DNA of 62,197 nucleotides from an uncultured Bdellovibrionales bacterium (GTDB lineage Bacteria; Bdellovibrionota_C; UBA2361; CAZKXU01): NCBI GenBank assembly GCA_964556665.1, contig CAZKXU010000004.1, positions 1 to 62,197 of the forward strand, read 5' to 3'. Shown piece by piece: positions 19,222 to 27,658 of this stretch (position 1 is its first letter; each line of letters starts with the position of its first letter). The notes under the pieces were generated by a model. It saw only the letters and a program-made list of their open reading frames with translations, ran no database searches and was not told where the DNA came from. The position numbers and the translations under genes were made by a program.

Positions 19222-20093
19222 GAGTGCCTCGCCAAAATTAAATTTCTAAGTGCTATCACCTGCTCTGCTTGAGCGTTATAATACTGACCATTCCTTAAGC
19301 GCGATGAAGATCTGCAATAAGTGGTTAGCTTAAGTGCCGTAAGCTCCTGTGCAACTATAGCATCTGTTAACGGCAAAGCTAAAGAATTAAGTGCGCTATC
19401 TAGATATTCAATACTAAAAGCTGACCCTGGCACAAGATTATTTATCATAGTTCCACTGGACCGTATAATTCCGCTCCAATCAGCAGGTGAGGAGAAAGAG
19501 GCGCGCCCTATCTCTGTCAGTGTTGTACCTGAAGGGAATGTAGCTCCGCTTGAACTGTAAAATGTCGAATCTAATGTCAATGTCAGGCTAGAAATTGACT
19601 CTATTGTCCCCGCTAACCCGTCCTGTCTATTACTAGGAATGTTTGATAGATAGACCGTTTCGTCGACTGCAAGGCCAGTTGTGGCTACTAGGTCAAAACT
19701 TCTGGATGAAACACTTGGTGTAAAGTCAGTGGCAAGCGTATAGGTTTCACCTGTTACATTCATGCGAAACTCGATGAAGTCATTATCAGCATTAAGTAGA
19801 ACTGCTAAAGGCGCATCTCCAAGCCCTGCACCACCGGGCTGAAAGTTGGCCTGATCGATCGGCATACCAGCTCCGATCATGCGCAACTCGCTTGCCATTA
19901 ACTCACGCAATCCCTGTACTTCCTGCTCTGTCTTGGCGATAATTAATTCATCCCGAACAGTTTTGATAAGCTCAAAAAATGAGCTTGATATCATAGAGAG
20001 CACAACGGCAGAGAGCCCCATCGCCACCATTACACTTAACAGTGAGAAACCGGACTGTATGCTTCCTCTCCAAAATCTCATTGCATCCCCCAT
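19218..20093 (-). CDS. Type IV minor pilin, PilW-like
   Basis: Class III signal G|FSLLSVMVAMG and hydrophobic helix; ELRMIG motif; overlaps both neighbours. Confidence 0.7.
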   Translation of the reverse strand: MGDAMRFWRGSIQSGFSLLSVMVAMGLSAVVLSMISSSFFELIKTVRDELIIAKTEQEVQGLRELMASELRMIGAGMPIDQANFQPGGAGLGDAPLAVLLNADNDFIEFRMNVTGETYTLATDFTPSVSSRSFDLVATTGLAVDETVYLSNIPSNRQDGLAGTIESISSLTLTLDSTFYSSSGATFPSGTTLTEIGRASFSSPADWSGIIRSSGTMINNLVPGSAFSIEYLDSALNSLALPLTDAIVAQELTALKLTTYCRSSSRLRNGQYYNAQAEQVIALRNLILARHS

Positions 20094-20479
20094 AACGGAA
20101 AGGTTTTATCGACTGACACTGTAGAGGGCATATTGAAAGTAGTACTAGATACAGTTACTTTCGCAGTTATTGATTGATCTGAGTTTACAGTAATATCTGT
20201 GACTCTCTTAAACTCAAGTTTTCCCTTTTTAAGAATCTCGGTCTGGTCATCCGAATCATCCAACGTTACCGGATCGATAGTCAAAATTCTTTCAAGCTTA
20301 TCCGAGGCAAGTTCAAGCGCAGCACCTTGCCGAATCGCTTTGCCACGTGAAAATATAATAACCTGTAGTGCTCCAACGAACCCGGCAATTACGATACCGA
20401 ATAGCCCCATTACTACCAACACCTCGATCAGAGAGAAGCCGTCTCTGGGTTGAGATCTTCTTTTCAATAGTTTTATCAT
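20078..20479 (-). CDS. Type IV minor pilin, PilV/GspI-like
   Basis: Prepilin motif G|FSLIEVLVVMGLFG with Glu at +5. Confidence 0.8.
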   Translation of the reverse strand: MIKLLKRRSQPRDGFSLIEVLVVMGLFGIVIAGFVGALQVIIFSRGKAIRQGAALELASDKLERILTIDPVTLDDSDDQTEILKKGKLEFKRVTDITVNSDQSITAKVTVSSTTFNMPSTVSVDKTFPLWGMQ

Positions 20480-20561
20480 AGTTTAACTAGGAAGCATTAT
20501 AGCTTATGGGCTACGGTTGGTGAAATGGGGGAAAAATGGTAACTTTGTACACAAATATAAT

Positions 20562-21392
20562 ATGGCAAATTCACCCTCTAATCACCAGGAGCTTATTCTC
20601 ACCCCAATAGGATATATTCATACCGGGATGAGACTTAAATTTGAGGCACCGCACCAGCCCAAGCATGAGAGTAAGGAAAGAAATATAATAAGGCTTATTC
20701 CGCAGCGGAGCTATGATCAAGCTCTAAAAGACTTAGATGGATTTGAGTATATCTGGCTGATCTGGTGGTTTAATAGAAATAGTAGCTGGAAACCAAGGGT
20801 ACTGCCGCCTCGTGGTGAGGGAATAAAGCGCGGTCTATTTGCTACCCGTTCTCCGCATAGACCTAATCCGATAGGAATTACTGCTGTACCTCTATACAGC
20901 ATATCCAAGTTAGAGCTCGAAATCGGAGCCTCTGACCTTCTAGATGGCACTCCTATTCTGGATATTAAGCCGTACCTACGGAAAATAGACTCATTTCCGC
21001 AGGCCGCTGCCGGTTGGGTCGATCAGATGGAGAGTCGCCTTGAAGCAGGAGCCAGCTACAAGGTTAAACTACTGAAAGAGGCTGAGGAACAGATGCAGTG
21101 GCTCGAGTCAGTCTGGAATCTCTCTTTTCGGGAGCGGCTTCTTGAGATCTTGAGTCGCGATCCGACCCCACATCGCACAAGACGGATTACCCGTTTCGGA
21201 AAGGAGCGTTTCAAGATCGGCTGTGGTGCTTGGCGCGCTATCTTCACTGTAGAGAGACAATCTGTTACTATCGAGCGAATTGATCGCGGCTATCCCGAAA
21301 GAACTCTGCTTAGCACAGAGGCCTCTAATGTTCCGGATCGCAGCGCTCAGATTGAGTTTATGAAAAAGTGGCCGGAGGCGAAGGCAGTCTAA
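20562..21392 (+). CDS. trmO: tRNA m6t6A37 methyltransferase TrmO (TsaA/YaeB)
   Basis: LTPIGYI, GLFATRSPHRPNPIG, DLLDGTPILDIKPY; start placed at ATG 20562. Confidence 0.88.
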   Translation: MANSPSNHQELILTPIGYIHTGMRLKFEAPHQPKHESKERNIIRLIPQRSYDQALKDLDGFEYIWLIWWFNRNSSWKPRVLPPRGEGIKRGLFATRSPHRPNPIGITAVPLYSISKLELEIGASDLLDGTPILDIKPYLRKIDSFPQAAAGWVDQMESRLEAGASYKVKLLKEAEEQMQWLESVWNLSFRERLLEILSRDPTPHRTRRITRFGKERFKIGCGAWRAIFTVERQSVTIERIDRGYPERTLLSTEASNVPDRSAQIEFMKKWPEAKAV

Positions 21393-21398
21393 TACACT

Positions 21399-21695
21399 AT
21401 GATTACAGATCCCAACGTTGACCAGGTCGATGAATATACCTGTTTTTTATACCTCGAGATCCCAGGCTCACAGGTCGTTATTTTTCAGGCTCTATTTGAA
21501 TGTTATGAAGGGGTGGCTATTGCCCGCACCTTAAATCTGAAGCGTTCACTTGTCTGCCTTGTAACCACAGTCTCGATGGTTGATGACTGCCTGAAGATTT
21601 TGCAGGAGGCAAAGGATGTGTTCAGCTGGCGCTTTGCTCCTAAACCTACAGAGGAGGAGAGAAGGCTGTATCTAGGGTATCAGAAGGGGCGCTGA
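21399..21695 (+). CDS. Small hypothetical protein, possibly DUF4911-like
   Basis: 98 aa, FQALFECYEGVAIARTL pattern recalled from that family; directly after trmO. Confidence 0.55.
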   Translation: MITDPNVDQVDEYTCFLYLEIPGSQVVIFQALFECYEGVAIARTLNLKRSLVCLVTTVSMVDDCLKILQEAKDVFSWRFAPKPTEEERRLYLGYQKGR

Positions 21696-21698
21696 TGA

Positions 21699-23345
21699 TT
21701 AGAGATTCGCTATAATCTCTGCGAAGATTGACTGCATATCATCAAGTGAGCCTTCACGGATTGTGCCATTTGCTGCACGCGCTATCTCTTTTAGGTCTGC
21801 GAGGCTATTACCATCCCGAGTTATTCCCACAATTGTAATATTGATGTCATGCCGTGCAAAGGTGTCGCGAAAGAGCTGGATCGTATAATCCAGTGTGGCA
21901 ATCGAATTTTTATCACTGCCATCAGTATAAACTATAATCGAACGTCTATACGGTAATAAGCTCTGCGTTGTAATTGTATCCAGTGCTTTAATCAAACCAT
22001 CATAAACAGCACTACCACCAAGAGCCTTAATCGAATCGATCTCCTTCATTACATTTAAAGTATCCGACGTGAAAGGGGTATTTACCTGCGCTGTTGATGC
22101 AAAGCTTAAGAGGGCTTTTAGATCCTGCTGTGGCAGCATCGCCAATATCTGGCGAATCTTCTCTTTACCGACTCGCAGCGCTGCGCCTTCCATTGAAGCG
22201 GATGAATCAAGTAAAAAGAGGAGAGCTCCCGGGCGTTTGAGCTGCGGCCACTGCTCAACCAGATAATGGACAACATCACCTGTTACTGGCAGCAGACTGT
22301 TTGACGGAAGAGAGGTGTCAACGCCAAATGTTTTAAGTAACGGTTCAGTGTCGCCTAGCGGTAGGACTGAAGGCCTAAAGCCGCGCTGCTTTGCCTCAAG
22401 TTGACTTTTTTCCGTAGAGAGAAAACTTGCAAAACTTTTTATTCCGGCACGATGTGCTGGACCTGTCCAGTCAGCCTCTGAAGTGCAGATGCTGTAATCC
22501 TGCCAAAAAGAGCCCTCTTTCGGATAAAGTGCCACTAGCTGTGAATGTGATTCCCTATTCATCGCGTTAAAGATGGCAAGGCGCTGTTCGGTTGTAATTG
22601 TGAAATTAACTCTATTTGATTGCGGACTGGCTGTGCGTTTTAGTAATACGTTTTCTACACTCGTATAGTTAGAAACATATGATTCGAACGTTTTAAGTCT
22701 ATCCGCGCTTACTTGTGCCTTAAGATCTGACAGATCTAATGTGGTCAGCTTATTGGAGGCAAGGTAAGCAAGCTGAGTAAGGGCGCTAAGTCCGGTACTT
22801 GAAAGATTTACATTTCCATGCCCGAAAGTAAAAGGAGTGGCCAACAAGTCTCCGTCCCCTTTACTTGCACGCGCCGCAAACAGATCGTTCCAGGAGAAAG
22901 TCGATCCCTGGGCTCGAAAGAAATGCAGATTCCGTGGCGCGACAGCAATTATGATTGGGGTGGCAAATAACTGCTTGCAATCACTTAGCTTGCCGCCAAG
23001 ATTATGTACCATCGAATTTGCATAATTGGTAAGTGAAGATGAGGGTGATATCCAAGCATCTACTTTTAACTCTCCACTTGAGAGAGACTTGGCAGTATCC
23101 AAGGCATTGTCTTCAAGCAGCTGTATCTGTATGCCTGCTCCATCTGGCAATCTAGGATTTGTCTTTGCATACTCCTCCAACATTGACTGGAAATATGAGG
23201 CAACCTCTGGGGTATGTACGATCTTTACTAAGACGTTTTTGGGTGGCTTAGTTATAGGATTAGTGTTTTTGCAGCCAACAACTCCCGACAATATGGACAA
23301 AAATATTATTAAAAATCTAATCTGCATCCTTCTCTTCTTTATCAT
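21699..23345 (-). CDS. Lipoprotein with solute-binding-protein-like domain and C-terminal vWA domain
   Basis: Lipobox [38 protein letters not shown]. Confidence 0.8.
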   Translation of the reverse strand: MIKKRRMQIRFLIIFLSILSGVVGCKNTNPITKPPKNVLVKIVHTPEVASYFQSMLEEYAKTNPRLPDGAGIQIQLLEDNALDTAKSLSSGELKVDAWISPSSSLTNYANSMVHNLGGKLSDCKQLFATPIIIAVAPRNLHFFRAQGSTFSWNDLFAARASKGDGDLLATPFTFGHGNVNLSSTGLSALTQLAYLASNKLTTLDLSDLKAQVSADRLKTFESYVSNYTSVENVLLKRTASPQSNRVNFTITTEQRLAIFNAMNRESHSQLVALYPKEGSFWQDYSICTSEADWTGPAHRAGIKSFASFLSTEKSQLEAKQRGFRPSVLPLGDTEPLLKTFGVDTSLPSNSLLPVTGDVVHYLVEQWPQLKRPGALLFLLDSSASMEGAALRVGKEKIRQILAMLPQQDLKALLSFASTAQVNTPFTSDTLNVMKEIDSIKALGGSAVYDGLIKALDTITTQSLLPYRRSIIVYTDGSDKNSIATLDYTIQLFRDTFARHDINITIVGITRDGNSLADLKEIARAANGTIREGSLDDMQSIFAEIIANL

Positions 23346-24399
23346 CCCTCGTTTGTAAATCCTTCAACGATACACCTAGTTTCTTTAGCAAGCGTGGAAG
23401 CTTATTTAAAATATATGCGCTTTTTCTCCAAGCATGAACTTTTTGTGCTGGATATCCTGCATAATCACCTTTCTCGTTAATATCCTGAATAACACCGGAA
23501 CCGCCGGCGATACGGCTGCCGGAAACAATACTAATATGATCACCGACACCAACTCCTCCTGCTAAGACAACCTGATCTCCTATTACGCAACTGCCTGACA
23601 CTCCAACTTGCCCGCATAATATAGTATGCTTTCCGATAATAACGTTATGACCAACCTGTACAAGGTTGTCTATCTTCGTTCCGTAATTTATATGTGTCGA
23701 TCCAAGCGCTCCACGATCAATGCAGGCATTAGCTCCAAGATCTACCCGTTTCTCCGTAATGACCACACCAAGCTGCGGTACCGCTTCAAGGCCTTCAGCG
23801 CCTGGGTGATAGCCAAAACCATCCGCTCCAATTATGGCACCATTTTGTACTACTGAGTCAGCCCCAATTTTACACCCTTCTCTAACCACTGCGGTAGAAT
23901 GCAAGATTGAGCGTGCTCCTATCGTTGCGCCATGATAAACCGTCACTTGTGGATAAATTACGACGTCATCCTCTACCGTAACACCTGCTCCGATAACGGA
24001 GAATGCACCTATAAAAACATTTTTCCCAATTTTAGCGCTAGGGGAGATCTCTGCTCGAGGGCTAATTTCGGCTGCCGGCCTAGAGAGGTGAAAGAAATGT
24101 CGTAGGACTTTTAACCATGCAGCTTGCGGGTCCTTAACCTGTATCACTGGGAAAGGAACTTGTAGGGCATCTATAGTAAGGGCGTTAGAGATAATTAAAG
24201 CTCCATACTCCTTTCTTAATTCACGCGCTAGTCTTTCCGGATTAGCCTCTCGTAAAAAAGAAAGGTGATTCTGATGCGGAGTCTCCAGTGCACAGAGCCC
24301 AGTAATAACCTTGGTACCATCTCCAACACCTCTCCCTTCAATCAGTTTTGCAAGCTCAGAAACAGCAATTGAAATCTCACGTGTCTTAATCCACATCAA
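23317..24399 (-). CDS. lpxD: UDP-3-O-acyl-glucosamine N-acyltransferase
   Basis: Hexapeptide repeats, [25 protein letters not shown]. Confidence 0.93.
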   Translation of the reverse strand: MMWIKTREISIAVSELAKLIEGRGVGDGTKVITGLCALETPHQNHLSFLREANPERLARELRKEYGALIISNALTIDALQVPFPVIQVKDPQAAWLKVLRHFFHLSRPAAEISPRAEISPSAKIGKNVFIGAFSVIGAGVTVEDDVVIYPQVTVYHGATIGARSILHSTAVVREGCKIGADSVVQNGAIIGADGFGYHPGAEGLEAVPQLGVVITEKRVDLGANACIDRGALGSTHINYGTKIDNLVQVGHNVIIGKHTILCGQVGVSGSCVIGDQVVLAGGVGVGDHISIVSGSRIAGGSGVIQDINEKGDYAGYPAQKVHAWRKSAYILNKLPRLLKKLGVSLKDLQTRDDKEEKDAD

Positions 24400-24446
24400 G
24401 TAATCCAGAATACATTAATAATAGTTGAGGTATTGTACCGGTAATT

Positions 24447-24483
24447 AAGAAAAATGGCACTCAGCCCAAACGCACTGAGTGCC
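24447..24483 (-). terminator. Intrinsic terminator upstream of lpxD
   Basis: 9-bp stem GGCACTCAG/CTGAGTGCC followed on the minus strand by ATTTTTCTT. Confidence 0.7.
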
Positions 24484-24553
24484 CCATAGGTCTACCCTAT
24501 CCAGGCCACAAGGGAAGCTAAGTCAAAGGGAGGGAAGGGCCCAGCTAGGATAT
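24449..24553 (-). ncRNA. Candidate CU-rich small RNA
   Basis: Extended -10 upstream, three predicted hairpins, two CUUCCCU motifs, intrinsic terminator; no ORF. Confidence 0.5.
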
Positions 24554-24559
24554 AACAGT

Positions 24560-24568
24560 ATTATATCA
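24560..24568 (-). promoter_or_regulatory. Extended -10 promoter element
   Basis: Minus strand TGATATAAT = TGn-TATAAT consensus. Confidence 0.55.
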
Positions 24569-24640
24569 TAAAATAACGGTTGCGTGGATAGAACAATCCT
24601 CAATAAATAATAAGTACTGTAAATTCAATGTATTAACCAC

Positions 24641-24716
24641 ACAGGGAGCGCGGGCTTCCAGCCGCTTTGTATCATTGCAAGGTCGATCAAGCGGGCTGGA
24701 AGCCCGCGGTCCCTGT
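24641..24716. repeat. REP doublet (REPIN-like)
   Basis: ACAGGGAGCGCGGGCTTCCAGCCGC 24641-24665 and GCGGGCTGGAAGCCCGCGGTCCCTGT 24691-24716. Confidence 0.9.
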
Positions 24717-24805
24717 ATATAATTTCTTGGTAATTACAAGTATAGACGAGCCACAGTGATAGCAATATCATCTTAAGCATCCGAACAATTAATTGGAGAA
24801 TAATT

Positions 24806-26413
24806 ATGAAGAGATGCTTATCTGTCCTATGCCTGTTAATACTTATTGCAACAGATCTTCACGCTGCAGTAAAGGTCGTCATTAAGGGCAATAATAAGAA
24901 TGACTTCAGCGCTGCTGTATTAACTGCTGGCAGTGATGTAGTAACTGAAGACCTTGTTAACGGACAGGCAACTTTGACATTCCCCGATGGCGCTACTTCA
25001 GGCTCATTAACAATTATTACAGATGAAGGCAAAGCCACCCCAGTTTACGGACGTGTTTGTGCTAGTGACGATGATGGAAAGGTAAGCTGTAAGACCGGAA
25101 CTCGCGGCAAGGTGTACTTAACTTTTAAAAGTACTGCAGGTACCGTGACAATTAAATATGACTCGCACGGATACTTTTTGGTGAATGCCAAAGGTGCACT
25201 TGCAGCATACAAGAGAAAATTCTTAACAAGTACTAAGCTCTTACTTGCAGACGCTGCCACTAGCCAGAATTTTGGTTATTACGGAGCTTCAGGTGCTAAT
25301 TCAATAAAATCACTTAGTCGAAAATTAAGAATACATGAGGGTGAGACATCGGACGGGGATCTGGACGATGACGGTGCACCTGATGTGTCGGATATAGATG
25401 ACGATAATGATGGCCTAACCGATAACTTTGATAATAGCAATGACTCTGATGCGACAGACCCGTTACGCATCTTTTCAAATTTTAAGCTTAATATAGTTGA
25501 TAGCCTCAATGTAAATGCCAATCCTTCATTAACTCAGCCAGAAATTGACTCTGCAATGCAGATCACGACAACATTAGCAATCGCAGTGCTTGGCACGAAC
25601 GGCTCTGGAGATATAAGCAGGTTGGACTGTAATGGTTTATCATACTGCAGTCTAGGAGGCACTGGAGTGGGTGTTAACTCCGGAACGGAGTTCCCAGAGG
25701 AGTTTGATACTGCCGATGACGGACTAGGCGTGATTGAAAGAGGACCGACCGGTGACTTCCAGTTAAGAACCGGAGCGAGTAGCTCATTGATTGGTGCAGG
25801 TGATACTATTATTCAAACGGTAACCCATGCTGACAGCAGCACAGAAGAGTTTGCCGGCATGTTGAATTTTGTATTTAATACCACACCAGCGCTTAAGAGC
25901 GTCACAATTGATTCAACCACAACTACAGTTGATTATACTAGAACAGATACTAGAGAGGGTGGCAATCTGAACTGTTTCAGTGCAGCATCAAGCGGAGATG
26001 TGATTATTACAGTTACTGGCTGGCGACCACAACGCCCAGGCATTGCTAGTGCAGGTGAGGGAAATTTTGTTGATATCGGAAACTCTGCCTTTGTATTCGA
26101 TATACCTAACGCGCCATGCACAATTTCAGGTGGCGGAGGCTGTTCCGGTAATGGCCCTGGGAATTGCGGCGCATCATCATACAGTACCTCTGATGCAAAC
26201 CTAACCATAGGCTCAAACGGCTTACAGGATAGTCGCGGCGATATCGATGCAGATGTAACCAATACCTACACATTTACCGTAAACCTAGGGACATGTTTAG
26301 GCAGCCAGGCTGCCGACTGGGGTGCAGGTGAGACTCTTTTTATCGACCTACAAGCAAGGAGTCAGGACGGAGATAATGCGGCGCAGAAATTTTGCGTTAC
26401 ACGTGCACCGTAG
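24806..26413 (+). CDS. Secreted acidic protein with Ca-binding (TSP3-like) Dx[DN]xDG motifs
   Basis: Signal peptide, DGDLDDDGAPDVSDIDDDNDGLTDNFD, several Cys pairs. Confidence 0.75.
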   Translation: MKRCLSVLCLLILIATDLHAAVKVVIKGNNKNDFSAAVLTAGSDVVTEDLVNGQATLTFPDGATSGSLTIITDEGKATPVYGRVCASDDDGKVSCKTGTRGKVYLTFKSTAGTVTIKYDSHGYFLVNAKGALAAYKRKFLTSTKLLLADAATSQNFGYYGASGANSIKSLSRKLRIHEGETSDGDLDDDGAPDVSDIDDDNDGLTDNFDNSNDSDATDPLRIFSNFKLNIVDSLNVNANPSLTQPEIDSAMQITTTLAIAVLGTNGSGDISRLDCNGLSYCSLGGTGVGVNSGTEFPEEFDTADDGLGVIERGPTGDFQLRTGASSSLIGAGDTIIQTVTHADSSTEEFAGMLNFVFNTTPALKSVTIDSTTTTVDYTRTDTREGGNLNCFSAASSGDVIITVTGWRPQRPGIASAGEGNFVDIGNSAFVFDIPNAPCTISGGGGCSGNGPGNCGASSYSTSDANLTIGSNGLQDSRGDIDADVTNTYTFTVNLGTCLGSQAADWGAGETLFIDLQARSQDGDNAAQKFCVTRAP

Positions 26414-26496
26414 TCTGAGCATACATTTCTGGGAGATTGAATTCCCGGTATAAATGGTTATAATTCTTAATTGTCGCTGATCGAAGCAAAACCTTT

Positions 26497-26572
26497 ACTG
26501 GGAGCGCGGGCTTCCAGCCCGCAACGGATTATCTGCAAATTCGTATGCGGGCTGGAAGCCCGCGCTCCCAGT
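26497..26572. repeat. REP doublet (REPIN-like)
   Basis: ACTGGGAGCGCGGGCTTCCAGCCCGC 26497-26522, 24-nt spacer, exact inverted copy 26547-26572. Confidence 0.93.
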
Positions 26573-26629
26573 AAAACGTGTCCCAGTCTTTGATAGGTAT
26601 TGCTAATAATTTGACAATATACTCTTCAA

Positions 26630-27586
26630 ATGAAATTTCAGGACTACTACGAAACATTAGGCATCACACGGACTGCCACAGAAGATGAGATTACCAAGGC
26701 TTACCGTAAACTTGCGCGTAAATTTCACCCGGATTTGAATAAAGAGAAAGGCGCAGAAGATAAATTTAAAAAGATCAACGAGGCGCATGAAGTACTAAGC
26801 GATCCGGAGAAACGGAAACGGTATGACGCGCTCGGTGCAAACTGGCAGGCAGGGCAGGATTTCAGACCGCCACCAAACTGGGAGGAGATGTTCGGCGGAG
26901 CCGCACAGAGGCATCGTCGTGGAGGAAATGGACAGGGCGCTACCTTTAGTTTTGGATCTGGAGGCGGCGGTTTTAGCGATTTTTTCGATGCTATCTTTGG
27001 TGACTTAGGCGGCATGGAGGGGTTTGAAAATCAGGCACGCTTTAATCAACAGGAGCAGCAACAGTCAAATATCGAGGCAGAGTTAGAGGTTGCTCTTGAA
27101 GATGCATACAGAGGTGCTACTAGAACGATCTCATTCCGCGCTCCAGGGGAGGGGGATAAGAGTTATAAAGTTAAAATCCCGGCGGGAACAACAGAAGGAA
27201 CTGTTATCAGGCTCACTGGCCAGGGGTATAAAACCCGTAAAGGAGCAGGGGATCTGATGATTAAGGTTAAGATCGCACCGCATCCCCGTTACAAAATTGA
27301 AGGGTCAAACTTAACTATGGATCTGCCTGTGGCCCCCTGGGAGGCGGCGCTGGGCGGGAAGGTGGAAGTGGAGACTCTTGATGGAAGGATAAATCTAAAT
27401 ATACCGGCCGGATCTCAGAGTGGACAGCGTCTTCGCCTAAAAGGCAAAGGTCTACCTTTAAAAGGTGGTGGACGTGGAGACCTCTATACTGAGCTAAGAG
27501 TTATGGTTCCAAAGCAGTTAAGTGGGGATGAGAGGGATCTTATGGAGAAGCTCCGTGCGGCATCCACGTTTAATCCTAGATCTTAG
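26630..27586 (+). CDS. cbpA: DnaJ-class (type II) chaperone / curved DNA-binding protein
   Basis: J-domain with HPD, G/F-rich linker, C-terminal domain, no zinc finger. Confidence 0.85.
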   Translation: MKFQDYYETLGITRTATEDEITKAYRKLARKFHPDLNKEKGAEDKFKKINEAHEVLSDPEKRKRYDALGANWQAGQDFRPPPNWEEMFGGAAQRHRRGGNGQGATFSFGSGGGGFSDFFDAIFGDLGGMEGFENQARFNQQEQQQSNIEAELEVALEDAYRGATRTISFRAPGEGDKSYKVKIPAGTTEGTVIRLTGQGYKTRKGAGDLMIKVKIAPHPRYKIEGSNLTMDLPVAPWEAALGGKVEVETLDGRINLNIPAGSQSGQRLRLKGKGLPLKGGGRGDLYTELRVMVPKQLSGDERDLMEKLRAASTFNPRS

Positions 27587-27658
27587 TGCCTATTTTAGCA
27601 GATATTTTCTTCTGTCCTAAATTGAAATCTATGCAAACAATGCTTAAATATTAGGTAT

